A stretch of 64,000 bases of DNA, taken from NCBI GenBank assembly GCA_965261195.1, contig CBDHDC010000001.1, positions 15,260 through 79,259 on the forward strand, written 5' to 3'. The position numbers and the translations under genes are program-made. The notes below the pieces were generated by a model. It worked only from the letters and a program-made list of their open reading frames with translations, was not told where the DNA came from and made no database searches. The stretch is from Dehalococcoidia bacterium (GTDB lineage: Bacteria > Chloroflexota > Dehalococcoidia > Lucifugimonadales > UBA3495). Positions 28,975 to 37,735 of this stretch are shown here, piece by piece; position 1 is the stretch's first letter, and each line of letters opens with the position of its first letter.

Positions 28975-29205
28975 TATCCAGTGACCAGCGGCCAGTAGAC
29001 CGGCCGGCCGCTAACCACTGGTCACTGACGCCGCTCTCCCCTATACCCGCGGGAGAAGGGCCGGGAGTGAGGGCGAACCCTGCCCGGCGGTATGAAAGCC
29101 GGTGGTATGAAACAATGGGGGAAGAACTCTTGAGCCGGATTAAATCCGGCTCAAGAGTTCTTCCCCTCTCCCCGCGGGAGAGGGGCCGGGGGTGAGGGCG
29201 AACTC
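28975..29205. repeat. REP-like GC-rich repeats plus a 49-nt near-perfect palindrome
   Basis: Two copies of CCCGCGGGAGA(A/G)GGGCCGGG(A/G)GTGAGGGCGAAC (29034-29078 and 29163-29203). Palindrome GGGGAAGAACTCTTGAGCCGGATT-A-AATCCGGCTCAAGAGTTCTTCCCC at 29117-29166. Confidence 0.8.
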
Positions 29206-29236
29206 CCCTCTCCACTGACCACCAAGGAGGTCTGCC

Positions 29237-29620
29237 ATGGCCAGCCGTATCCTGGACACGATCGACGCACCGAGCGACCTCAGAGCGCTGAGCTACGCAG
29301 AACTGGACCAGGTGGCCCAGGAGGCGCGGGACACGATTATCTCGGTGATCACCGAGCGCGGCGGCCACCTGGCGTCGAACTTGGGCGTCGTCGAGCTTAC
29401 GCTGGCGCTGCACCGGGTTTTCGACAGCCCCAGGGACAGCCTGGTCTGGGACACCACCAACCAGACCTACACCCACAAGCTGGTGACCGGACGCCGCGAC
29501 GACTTCCAGAACATCCGGCTGGAAGGCGGCCTGTCCGGGTTCGGCGAACCCAGCGAAAGCCCCCACGACACGCTCTGCGCGGGCCACACCGGCACCGGCC
29601 TGTCCATTGCTCTTGGTTTT
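29237..29620 (+). pseudogene. dxs: diverged 5' fragment of 1-deoxy-D-xylulose-5-phosphate synthase
   Basis: GGHLASNLGVVELTLALHRVFDSPRDSLVWD..THKLVTGRRDDFQNIRLEGGLSGF..ESPHD..GHTGTGLSIALG matches the Dxs N-terminus. The conserved GHQ is replaced (TTNQ). The gene stops being Dxs-like after about 128 aa. Confidence 0.65.
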
Positions 29621-29700
29621 ACCCAGATGAAGCCGGGAGAACCCTTCGCTTTCGCGGGCCTCTGGGACTCGTGGCAGGACCCGGAGGGAGAAGACGGTGT
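29621..29700 (+). pseudogene. scrap of an SRAP (YedK/DUF159) gene fused in frame to the dxs fragment
   Basis: KPGEPFAFAGLWDSWQDPEG is the characteristic SRAP PFAFAGLWexW block. Nothing else of the gene is present. Confidence 0.35.
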
Positions 29701-29848
29701 TGAGGGCCCCGGAACTGTCGAAGAAGTGCTGGATGTTCTGGTAGACCCTGAAGAAGATGTCGGGCCTGAGTTGGTCTCCGGTGGCGTTCTGACAGATGCC
29801 GCCGTCGATCATCAGGTCGAGAGTATTCGGCGTGCGACTGTAGTACTA

Positions 29849-29995
29849 AACTAAAGCCAAGGTGAAATGTACATATCGCCAGGCCGCATTGCCGGTGGCC
29901 ACCCAGTTAGGGCCTATGGGTGATATGAGGTGATGTGGAGTCCTTTCGGTGGTCTTCAAGACCTCCGAATTGCACATCCCACCTTGGTATTGGTT
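29849..29995. mobile_element. MITE, V family subtype V2
   Basis: C-TA-AACTAAAGCCAAGGTGAAATG...CCCACCTTGGTATTGGTT-TA-G. Same subtype as 10218-10364 and 36133-36278. Confidence 0.85.
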
Positions 29996-30374
29996 TAGGC
30001 GGTCCTTGAACCCGCCCGGAGAGGGGCGCGGAGTTCGGACGAGGGTCGCGGGGTTGGGCTTGGCCTGGGATGCAGCCAAGATGGGCTGGGGCAAGCTGGC
30101 AACCGCCCCCGGCATCACCGCTTCATGGACCATGTCCGCCAAGCGGGGAATTGATCTCAGGGGCCGGGCGCAAAAATCTGCGTGGCGGCCCCTGGAAGGG
30201 GCAAACCCGGACATGTTATGTCCGGAAGATCTCTGGACAGTTCCCCGGGAAACCCGCCCGTTTGGGACATCCTGGCGCAGGAAGCACAACATGCCTAACC
30301 CCGCCTGAGATATCCCGGCAGCCAGGTTGGTAAATCATGGGGATGTCCCCAAGCATTAGTTCAGGAGCGAGAGA

Positions 30375-30908
30375 ATGTCGATCAGCAGCGTGGAAACCGC
30401 CATCCAGCAAGCCCGGTCGGTGATAATGGATTGGGCCCAGGTTGGGTTCATGGATTGGCCGGAGGACCATACCCGTTCCACCGTCATCGATCCCGTCATC
30501 ACGGCCCTGGGCTGGGATACCTCCGACCCCAGGGAGTGCCGCCCGGAGTACCGGCGCTCCCGTGGCGATGAAGCTGCCGGCAGGGTCGACTACGCCCTGT
30601 TCGGCACTCCCGATCTCGACGCCATCGATAACGGCACAGTGGCGCCGGATGTCATCATCGAGGTGAAGGGCCTGATCGTCGCGCTGGACCAGCACGTCGA
30701 GCAGATGCAGCGCTACGTCGAAGCGGCCCCCCGGATGCGGAAGGGCGTGGCGGTGCTGACCAACGGGTTGGGGTGGTGGCTGTACGACCTCGACCGGAGC
30801 GGAGCCTTCCCAGAGAAACGCATCGACCCCATCCACCCCATGGCGGTCGATGCGAGGGAAGCAGCCCTGATTTTGAACGAACGGCTTGACCGGCGGAGGT
30901 TCGGATGA
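30375..30908 (+). CDS. stand-alone HsdR_N-like PD-(D/E)xK domain protein
   Basis: EDHTRSTVIDPVITALGWD ... GRVDYALF ... PDVIIEVKG ... GVAVLTNGLGWWLY follows the type I R-subunit N-terminal nuclease-fold pattern. Confidence 0.6.
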   Translation: MSISSVETAIQQARSVIMDWAQVGFMDWPEDHTRSTVIDPVITALGWDTSDPRECRPEYRRSRGDEAAGRVDYALFGTPDLDAIDNGTVAPDVIIEVKGLIVALDQHVEQMQRYVEAAPRMRKGVAVLTNGLGWWLYDLDRSGAFPEKRIDPIHPMAVDAREAALILNERLDRRRFG

Positions 30909-31025
30909 GCTCTGAGGCACATCAACCGAGCGCGGAACCCCGAGGACCGGCCTTCAGGATGCCCCTCGGAGCTGGAGAAGAACATCCGGGGAGACCGGAA
31001 CGTCAACTACGTCTGCCACCCGCAG

Positions 31026-31268
31026 GTGATCCGGCTGATGGCCAACGCCTGGGCCCAGTGGCGCTTCGACCGGAAGATGGACGGGGCCGCGCTGGCCGCC
31101 GGCATCGGGGCGGCCCAACTGAGAACCGCCGACTCCGAGAACGTCCTCTACCAGGACTGGGGGATCATCAGCCACGGGCGGAACACCAAGTTCCAGGGCG
31201 TCAGGCACGAGAACTGGGAGAAGGCCACCACGGAAATCCTGCGGCTCGCGGGAGCGCAGGGACACTGA
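31026..31268 (+). CDS. hypothetical small protein (start uncertain; frame open from 30909)
   Basis: Listed ORF in a different frame from the spurious first part of 30905..32002. No family recognised. Confidence 0.35.
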   Translation: MIRLMANAWAQWRFDRKMDGAALAAGIGAAQLRTADSENVLYQDWGIISHGRNTKFQGVRHENWEKATTEILRLAGAQGH

Positions 31269-31285
31269 AGGAGAGAGGAACCAAC

Positions 31286-32002
31286 ATGACGATGCTGGAA
31301 ATGGCCGACTGGCCCGGCACCCCCGGACTGGAGCGCCTCGCGTCGGCCGCGCAGTTCATCGCCGAGAGCCTCAAGCTCGAGGGGGAAATGGCCGACTGGC
31401 TCGGCACCCCCGGGCTGGAGCCCCTCGCGTCGGCCGTGCAGCTCTTCAACGAGAGCCTCAAGCACGAGGAGGACAACCCGCAATACCCGCCGGAACCAGA
31501 CGAGCTGAACACCCTGCGCCAGGATGCCCGGATGCTGCTGGGCTACAAGGACACTCTTCTCTTCAGCATGGTAACCCACTCGGAGCTGGCCGAGATGGCG
31601 GAGGCTGGGCAGATCCAGGAGGGCATGGACATGGTGCCCGTCGTGGCCCGCGGTTCCGACGAGCAGTTCATCGGGATGCTCATTGATCTGGGCGAGCCCG
31701 AGGAGGACGACCCGGAGGACGGGGAGTACGGCATCATGGCCACCCGGCTCTACCGGGACGCCGGGTGGGTTGGGTTGAACGAGCAACTCCCCTTGTGTCG
31801 GGGCCTGGAAATCCACATCTTCAGCAGGAAGGGCCGCCCCGAGGAGCCCGCGGGGATCCTCGCGATCAGGCAGGGCAGGATGGATGGTCCACCCGGCGTC
31901 CCCGAGCCCCGGGGTGAGCTGAACGGGGTCATCCGGGAGGTGATGCGGTGGCACGGCGCCACGAGCTTCGCCTGGCATGAGCCGGAGGGTCTGGAGGAAT
32001 AG
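31286..32002 (+). CDS. unknown-family protein, paralogue 1 of 3 (contains an 87-bp tandem duplication)
   Basis: ATG 31286 follows GAAGGAGAGAGG. Shares MADWPGTPG, RQDARMLLG, EQFIGMLIDL, LYRDAGWVGLNEQLP and a C-terminal ...VMRWHG with 48190..48762 and 43871..44542. Confidence 0.7.
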   Translation: MTMLEMADWPGTPGLERLASAAQFIAESLKLEGEMADWLGTPGLEPLASAVQLFNESLKHEEDNPQYPPEPDELNTLRQDARMLLGYKDTLLFSMVTHSELAEMAEAGQIQEGMDMVPVVARGSDEQFIGMLIDLGEPEEDDPEDGEYGIMATRLYRDAGWVGLNEQLPLCRGLEIHIFSRKGRPEEPAGILAIRQGRMDGPPGVPEPRGELNGVIREVMRWHGATSFAWHEPEGLEE

Positions 32003-32039
32003 GAAGCCGGCGTAGCTGTTGCTGGCCAGCAACAGCTGC

Positions 32040-32291
32040 GCCGGCGCCAACCACACTCACTTCACCGAACTGCTGCGGGAACGGGAGGGCATCGACCTGA
32101 GCTGTCCCATGGTGCGCCGCATCCTGACCAAGGCAGGCATCGGAAGTCCTCGCAGCCGCCGTTCCCAGCAACACCGGTTCCGGCGCCGGAGCATGCCCCA
32201 GGAGGGCATGCTGGTGCAGATCGACGGCAGCAACCATCCCTGGCTGGAGGACTTGGGACAGAGTACCAGGGACGGACCGGACCCAGGGTAA
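32040..32291 (+). pseudogene. internal fragment of an ISNCY-type transposase
   Basis: NHTHFTELLREREGIDLSCPMVRRILTKAGIGSPRSRRSQQHRFRRRSMPQEGMLVQIDGSNHPWLED, with no DDE core following. Confidence 0.55.
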
Positions 32292-32701
32292 ACCACCGTC
32301 CTGGAGGCCCCAGGTTGCCGATTCCCGGGCTGCCAGCCATCCAAGCGAAGGGGTTGTGGCGCCCATTATCAGCCCAAAGCCCCTGAAATGGCCGCCTGGG
32401 GCGAAAACCCCCGTTTCCCGCCATCCCCTCCGGATGGGATGTTCCACGCTGGCTCGAGGTGGTCGGAAAAGGAATATCGGGTCAATTCCAAGTTGCTATT
32501 GACAACCGCCAGGCTATGCGCGAACCGGCCTTCCCAGATCCTGAACCCCTAAGGCTTGGCCGTCGGCCTACCGCATAATGCCTAACCAGTCCACGTAGGG
32601 TTGGAAGTTGACAACCCAGCTGCTTGAGAGAGCCCTTGACGATCCTCCCTCCAACGGGGATGCCCCTGTGCTGCCCCACCACTGAGATCCGCGCCTTGAC
32701 G

Positions 32702-33394
32702 ATGGCCGACCTCGACAGCCACACTGCCCTCACGGACTGGACCGACCGGCCACCAGGTCCAGCGGAGGCGGACATCACGACCTTCAACCCAGTCCGGCGC
32801 CACATCACCAGGGGCCGTGGGGAAACCAGGCTCTGCGACGGCCGTGCCGCCGGCGGGGCGGACATTTCCACCAGCAACCTGGAGGCCCTGCGGCAGTCCC
32901 GCGCCGAGGCGACCCTCTGCCCCGTCTGCCAGCAGAACTCCGGGATCTCTCCCCACATCCTCAGGCCCAGACGCCCCTCCGGAGGCAGCAGAAACCTGGC
33001 CTGCCTCTACACCACGCCGGTGCTGGACGACTTCGACAACATCCGCAACTGCCCGCGCTGCCGGAAGACCCCCGGCGACCGCACCTGCCGGGACTGGGAC
33101 GAAGCCCGCAAGGGGGTGAGGGTCCTGCACCAGGAGGCCAGGCGCATTGCCAGGGAGGTCACGGATATCCCGGAAGCCACCGGAGGCTGCACCGCCACCA
33201 TCTACGAGTTCCTGGACGGATCGGTGGGCTACTTCGCCTTCGGAGCCCCGCCCTGGCAGGAGGCCGGAGAGATCACCGGCTCGGTCCGTGAACAGGCCCT
33301 GCATGTCCTGGAAAGCCGAGGGGTTCCAGGTGGAAAGGCAACCTGGACCACGGGAGCCGCACGGCCCAATCAGGGTGATCTGACAGGAAGGTGA
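32702..33394 (+). CDS. hypothetical protein with two CxxC pairs
   Basis: Listed ORF. The internal start MADLDSHTAL is preferred. CPVCQ and CPRCRK suggest a zinc ribbon. No family recognised. Confidence 0.4.
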   Translation: MADLDSHTALTDWTDRPPGPAEADITTFNPVRRHITRGRGETRLCDGRAAGGADISTSNLEALRQSRAEATLCPVCQQNSGISPHILRPRRPSGGSRNLACLYTTPVLDDFDNIRNCPRCRKTPGDRTCRDWDEARKGVRVLHQEARRIAREVTDIPEATGGCTATIYEFLDGSVGYFAFGAPPWQEAGEITGSVREQALHVLESRGVPGGKATWTTGAARPNQGDLTGR

Positions 33395-33505
33395 TGGCCG
33401 GTCAAGCCCCTCAGGGCTTTGTGGACAAGGACCTGGGAGGCGCCTCCTGCCACCGCGATGACCGGGGGAAGCTCGGGCTTGGTGCCACAGAATCGTCCAT
33501 CCACG

Positions 33506-33715
33506 GGTTCACCCCCACCCGCGTGGGGAAAGCGCCAACTGGGCCGTCGCCAACGACCAGAAGTTCGGTTCACACCCACCCGCGTGGGGAAAGCGACAGG
33601 GACGTTTAACAGCCTGATATTCGAGACGGTTCACACCCACCCGCGTGGGGAAGGCTCTACCGGCGGTGCCACCAGTCTATAATTCTGGGTTCACCTCCGC
33701 GCAAGCGGGGCCGTC
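33506..33715 (+). CRISPR. mini-CRISPR array 1: three good repeats plus one degenerate, type I-E-like repeat
   Basis: GGTTCAC(C/A)CCCACCCGCGTGGGGAA(A/G)GC at 33506, 33567 and 33628 (61-bp period, 32-33-nt unique spacers). A degenerate fourth repeat is at 33688. Stem CCCCAC/GTGGGG. Confidence 0.85.
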
Positions 33716-33907
33716 CTTTCCTTTGCCCTCGCAGCGGGCTAACCCTCGTCCAGGAGCCTGCGGACGCCGCGCTCCCTAACCCAGGCCCTGAAGACCTGGT
33801 AGAGGTCGCGGTCCTCTTGATGCTCGGACGTGGCCATGCTCTCGAGCCAGATCTCGAGGACGCGGGCGGCCGACAGGCAGGCGTCGCCGGAGAATCGTCC
33901 ATCCGTG

Positions 33908-33935
33908 GGTTCACCCCCAACCGCAAGTGCCAGTT
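33908..33935 (+). repeat. isolated degenerate CRISPR repeat with duplicated upstream flank
   Basis: AGAATCGTCCATCC(GT)GGGTTCACCCCCAACCGC at 33891 repeats the flank plus repeat start seen at 33489 (AGAATCGTCCATCC(AC)GGGTTCACCCCCACCCGC). Confidence 0.6.
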
Positions 33936-33962
33936 GTTCCAATAGTCCGGCGGACAACTGCC

Positions 33963-34364
33963 TTAGCTCTCGTCTGCCGGTGTCGCCGATTCGTCCTCAA
34001 CAACGTACCCGACTATGGTGCCTTCTGCGTAAGCAGAAAGCTGGATAACATTCCTGTCGGGAAACAAGCTACCTGGGTAGTGCATCACCTTCCCGTTGAC
34101 CTTCTCAACGTAGTCTCCCCATTGGTACGTGGTGCCATTGATTTCCACTTCCTCGACCACACAGTAATAGGCTTCCGAAGTTTTGCCCGTGTTGTTTCGC
34201 CTAACTTTGGAAAACCCATGAACGAATGTCATGTGGGAAGACATTTCCCAATCGTCGAACACCCCTTTGAGTGGTCGGGCATTGGGAAAGGCTCTGGCGA
34301 TAGCCGGGGGCATCGTATCCTTCTTGATTTTAATGTTCTCTCCGCACAACATGCATATCATCAT
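33963..34364 (-). CDS. hypothetical protein (133 aa), low-GC gene between the two CRISPR arrays
   Basis: GGGAG lies 4 nt before ATGATG at 34364. Visibly AT-richer codon usage than neighbouring genes. MMICMLCGENIKIKKD...; no family recognised. Confidence 0.6.
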   Translation of the reverse strand: MMICMLCGENIKIKKDTMPPAIARAFPNARPLKGVFDDWEMSSHMTFVHGFSKVRRNNTGKTSEAYYCVVEEVEINGTTYQWGDYVEKVNGKVMHYPGSLFPDRNVIQLSAYAEGTIVGYVVEDESATPADES

Positions 34365-34431
34365 CTAACTCCCTTAACTGCGCCGGTTGTTCCAAAACTC
34401 GCCTTGATTCGGGACTTTTGGAGCAAAGCCG

Positions 34432-34642
34432 GTTCACCCCCACCCGCGTGGGGAAAGCGCCAGCAGGATGTAAACATCGGTCATGCCCATGGGTTCACCC
34501 CCACCCGCGTGGGGAAAGCTCCTGCAACCGATGCGGCAAGCGTTTCATTTCGGGTTCACCCCCACCCGCGTGGGGAAAGCTAACCAGCCTTGCCCATGCG
34601 TCCTCTTGCTCCTGGTTCACCCCGACCCGTCCGGCACTTCAT
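34432..34642 (+). CRISPR. mini-CRISPR array 2: three perfect repeats plus one degenerate
   Basis: GGTTCACCCCCACCCGCGTGGGGAAAGC at 34432, 34493 and 34554 with 33-nt unique spacers. Degenerate terminal repeat at 34615-34642. Confidence 0.9.
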
Positions 34643-34783
34643 AACCTATCCCAGGACCGGCGCTGCAGGACCTGGGAATGAACCCTTCACCTGAATAGCT
34701 TCTCCAATGGGGCGGCCGGCGTCCTTCGTTCGAGACCGCGGCCCCGTCCGCCCGGTCCGACACTAAATTCAAGGAGAAGCAAC

Positions 34784-35452
34784 GTGCAAATCTACCCACC
34801 TTTCCCATCCTGTCGTGAGGACACGCCGAAGCGACAGGCGGAAAAACAGATTTACCAGGCCCTCGCGGCCTCCGACCTTGAGGGTTACGTCCTCTACGAG
34901 GTCAAGCCCATCTCAAGCGCACCGCAGTTGGACTTCGCCATCTGGATCGTCGGGATCGGAATCTTCGGAGTCCAGGTCAAGGGCGGCAAGTATGTCGTCA
35001 TCGAAGGGCGGTGGTACCTGATCACCGACCAGGGGCGGCACCCCAGGGAGTCCCCCGTGCCGAGCACTTGGGACGCCGCCATGGCCATCCGCGACGTAGT
35101 CCAGGAGCAGCTCCACCAGAGCATCTTCGTAACCCCGGTCCTGGCCATGCCCAACATGGAGCCCAACGAGGACATCGAGGCCCTCGCCGGGTCCAGGAAC
35201 GTCGCGATGCACTGGGGAGACCCTTCCCAGATCGTCGACCACCTCGTCCAGTTGGCCATCGACCGGAAGGTCTACATCACGCCCACGCCGGCCAGCATCG
35301 CCGCCCAGGTGCAGCTGGTCGAGCCCGGGCTGGTCCTCCCGCGCCAGGCTCCGGCCGGGCTGGACGCCCAGGAGCTCCACATCCATGTCGAAAACCTGCA
35401 CATCCACGTCCCCCAGGGCGGACTGTCGGTAGTGGAGGTGAAGGCGGCCTAG
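34784..35452 (+). CDS. NERD (nuclease-related domain) protein
   Basis: GTG start after AAGGAG. AEKQIYQALAASDLEGYVLYEVKPISSAPQLDFAIWIVGIGIFGVQVKGG fits the NERD pattern (E..vy..L....y.v......e.DfvI....GifviEvK). Confidence 0.65.
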   Translation: MQIYPPFPSCREDTPKRQAEKQIYQALAASDLEGYVLYEVKPISSAPQLDFAIWIVGIGIFGVQVKGGKYVVIEGRWYLITDQGRHPRESPVPSTWDAAMAIRDVVQEQLHQSIFVTPVLAMPNMEPNEDIEALAGSRNVAMHWGDPSQIVDHLVQLAIDRKVYITPTPASIAAQVQLVEPGLVLPRQAPAGLDAQELHIHVENLHIHVPQGGLSVVEVKAA

Positions 35453-35783
35453 CACCCAGCCACAGCCCCCGGTCGACCTGGTCGAGGACGGCGGCCAGGA
35501 GACCCCGGGGCTGTGGTCCTCGACATCATCCAGTCCCGGAGCGGTCCAACCCGGGACAGGCCTTCATTCATGGGCCGGGAGGCCGCTCTCCCCGCAGGGG
35601 ACGAGGCGGATGTGGAAGCAAGGAGTCCGGACCCACGCCGAAGACCGCCGGACCGGCCCGGGACCGGGGCATTCCCGGACGAAACGCGCCCCGGGCACCC
35701 CCACGCGCCTGAAGGCCTTCTAGCGGAACCTGGAGCGATTTCCAAGAGGGCCTTGCATCTGCAGCCGCATGAAGCGGATCCTA

Positions 35784-35885
35784 AACTAAAGCCAAGGTGG
35801 AATGCGCAGAATGAGAGGGCTTCACTGGCGCAACCAAGCCAATCTTCATCGCCCATCGAATGTACATCCCACCTTAGCTTTAGTT
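35784..35885. mobile_element. MITE, V family subtype V3 (102 bp)
   Basis: AACTAAAGCCAAGGTGGAATG...GTACATCCCACCTTAGCTTTAGTT, TA-flanked. The interior is unrelated to V1/V2. Confidence 0.8.
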
Positions 35886-35887
35886 TA

Positions 35888-36001
35888 GTAGTCAGTCACG
35901 TCAGAAATGAAAGTTTCCGAAAGGCTCCTTGGAAGACGCGCCATGTTGATACAAGAAGAAACTTCAAAAATGACCCTTCTATTCCAAATATGACTGACTG
36001 C
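35888..36001. mobile_element. IS630-type MITE, family M2, second copy
   Basis: GTAGTCAGTCACGTCAGAAATGAAAG...CCAAATATGACTGACTGC. Same orientation as 27011-27124. Confidence 0.85.
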
Positions 36002-36003
36002 TA

Positions 36004-36130
36004 GTACCGTTTCCACTTGAATATGCCTTATACCAGATACCCGTTTCACCTGCCCGTCGTTCCCGCGCAAGCTGGAATCCACAGTTGGAAGTGACTTTCC
36101 AGTATCGACAAGACTATCTGGAACCGGTAC
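36004..36130. mobile_element. MITE family M3, second copy (inverted relative to 27127-27253)
   Basis: GTACCGTTTCCACTTGAATATGCC...CTATCTGGAACCGGTAC is the reverse complement of the first copy. TA-flanked. Confidence 0.85.
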
Positions 36131-36132
36131 TA

Positions 36133-36278
36133 AACTAAAGCCAAGGTGAAATGTGCATATCGCTAGACCGCACTGTCGGTGCCCACCCAGTTGGGGCCTA
36201 AGGGTGATATGAGTTGCCGTGGAGTCCTTTCGGTCGTCGTCAAGACCCCGAAATGCACATCCCACCTTGGTATTGGTT
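36133..36278. mobile_element. MITE, V family subtype V2
   Basis: AACTAAAGCCAAGGTGAAATGTGCATATCGCTAGACCGCACTGTCGG...CCCACCTTGGTATTGGTT, TA-flanked. Confidence 0.85.
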
Positions 36279-36869
36279 TAGCTATGCTGGAACCCCGCGG
36301 GAAGTCCCGGCCAGAACGCAACCTCAACCCGGATCCCCACGCGCTGGCCTAATTACCAGAGTCCGAGGAACGATCCCCATCGGTCCAGACCCGCCGGACT
36401 CAGCCCGTGTGGAAACGCCGGGTGCAGCCCGAGGATCCCCGCGCAATGCGTCCCGATCCAGACCTGCCGGACACCGTACCAGGAGCAGGGGGAATCGCCC
36501 CTGCGGGGGGTTTTGAGACAGCCGGAAGGGCCAGAACGCCGCCGGAACGTAATCGACATCAAACCTACTTAAATCATACTCATTTTCTCTAACAACCAGG
36601 GGGGGCGTGGGCAGGGGGCGCGCGCCGCCGGAACGAAACGCACATCCCCTGAGCACAGGCCCCGAACAAAAAAACCGCAATCCGAACATCCTCTCTAAAA
36701 TTACATCAGCCGTGCTGGGAAACCCCGGATTCCATGCTCCCGCAGGGGGGCCGGAATGAAACCAACAACAACTGTGCTTGGAACTACCCCCCTTTGGCCA
36801 GCCCCCCCGGCAGGGCATTTCGGCAGTCAGTCCGGACGGCTTTTAGAGCATTTTGAGACTGGCCGGGGG

Positions 36870-37735
36870 CGCCCTCGCTCCACAGACGAGGGCGCCCCCG
36901 GCGGGACCATCCTGGCCTGGAGCGCCTGCCAGAATGCCGTCGCGTCCGCCCTCTCCATCCGGGGCAACTGGAACAACCTGCCGCAGTATCTCAGAGAGTG
37001 GTTGTACGACGGCGGCGACCGGGCGCGTCCCTGCCGGACCGAACTGGACGTAAATCTCTGCTTCGCGCCGTTGCTCAGGTGGGTCCTTGCGTGGTGGCGG
37101 TCCGGCCGGCTGGCGCTGGCGGTTGACCCCACGTTGAAAGGGGACGACACCGCCGCTATCGTCATCAGCGTGGTCTACCGGGGTTGCGCGATTCCCGTGG
37201 CCTGGCGCATCCTGCGCGCCAACCAGCGCGGGGCTTGGATGGACCCGATAGTGGAACTGCTGCAGGCCCTGGCCCCGGCGGTCCCCAGGGAAATGACCGT
37301 GGTGGCGCTGTGCGACCGGGGCCTGGCCAGTCCAAAATTGTGGAAACAGATCCTGGCTCAGAGCCGGCCCCGGCGACGGCCGGGGGCTGGCATCCCTGCA
37401 TGAGGTATCCGAAAAACGTCACTTTCTGCGCCGAGGGCGGTCGGCGGCTGCCCGCCCGCGCCTTCGTTTCCCGTCCGGATACCGCGTGGACCGGGAGCGG
37501 GACCGCTTTCGGCGCAGCCGCCGCAAAACGCCGTTGCACCCTGCTGGCGGTCTGGTACGTTGAACAGGAGGAGCCGTGGATCATCCTGACCGGCCTTCCG
37601 CCGGACGAAGTTGGGGTGAGTTGGTACGCAATCCGCTTCTGGATCGAGTTGGGGTTCAAGGCGATCAAGAGCCTGGGTTGGCAATGGCAAAAGACCCGCA
37701 GGACTGACCCGGCGCGGATTTCGCGGCATTACCAG
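36870..37735 (+). pseudogene. IS4/IS701-like DDE transposase, frameshifted and 3'-truncated
   Basis: LALAVDPTLKGDDTAAIVISVVYRGCAIPVAWRILRANQRGAWMDP...VVALCDRGLASPKLWKQI (listed 36756..37403) continues in another frame as GWHPCMRYPKNV...CTLLAVWYVEQEEPWIILTGLPPDEVGVSWYAIRFWIELGFKAIKSLGWQWQKTRRTDPARISRH, then ends abruptly. Confidence 0.6.

Noticed and set aside
33391-34681. ORFs 33391..33609, 33419..33682, 33927..34583 and 34418..34681 with recurring FTPTRVGKA peptides.
   Set aside because: The recurring peptide is simply the translation of the CRISPR repeat. These are not genes.
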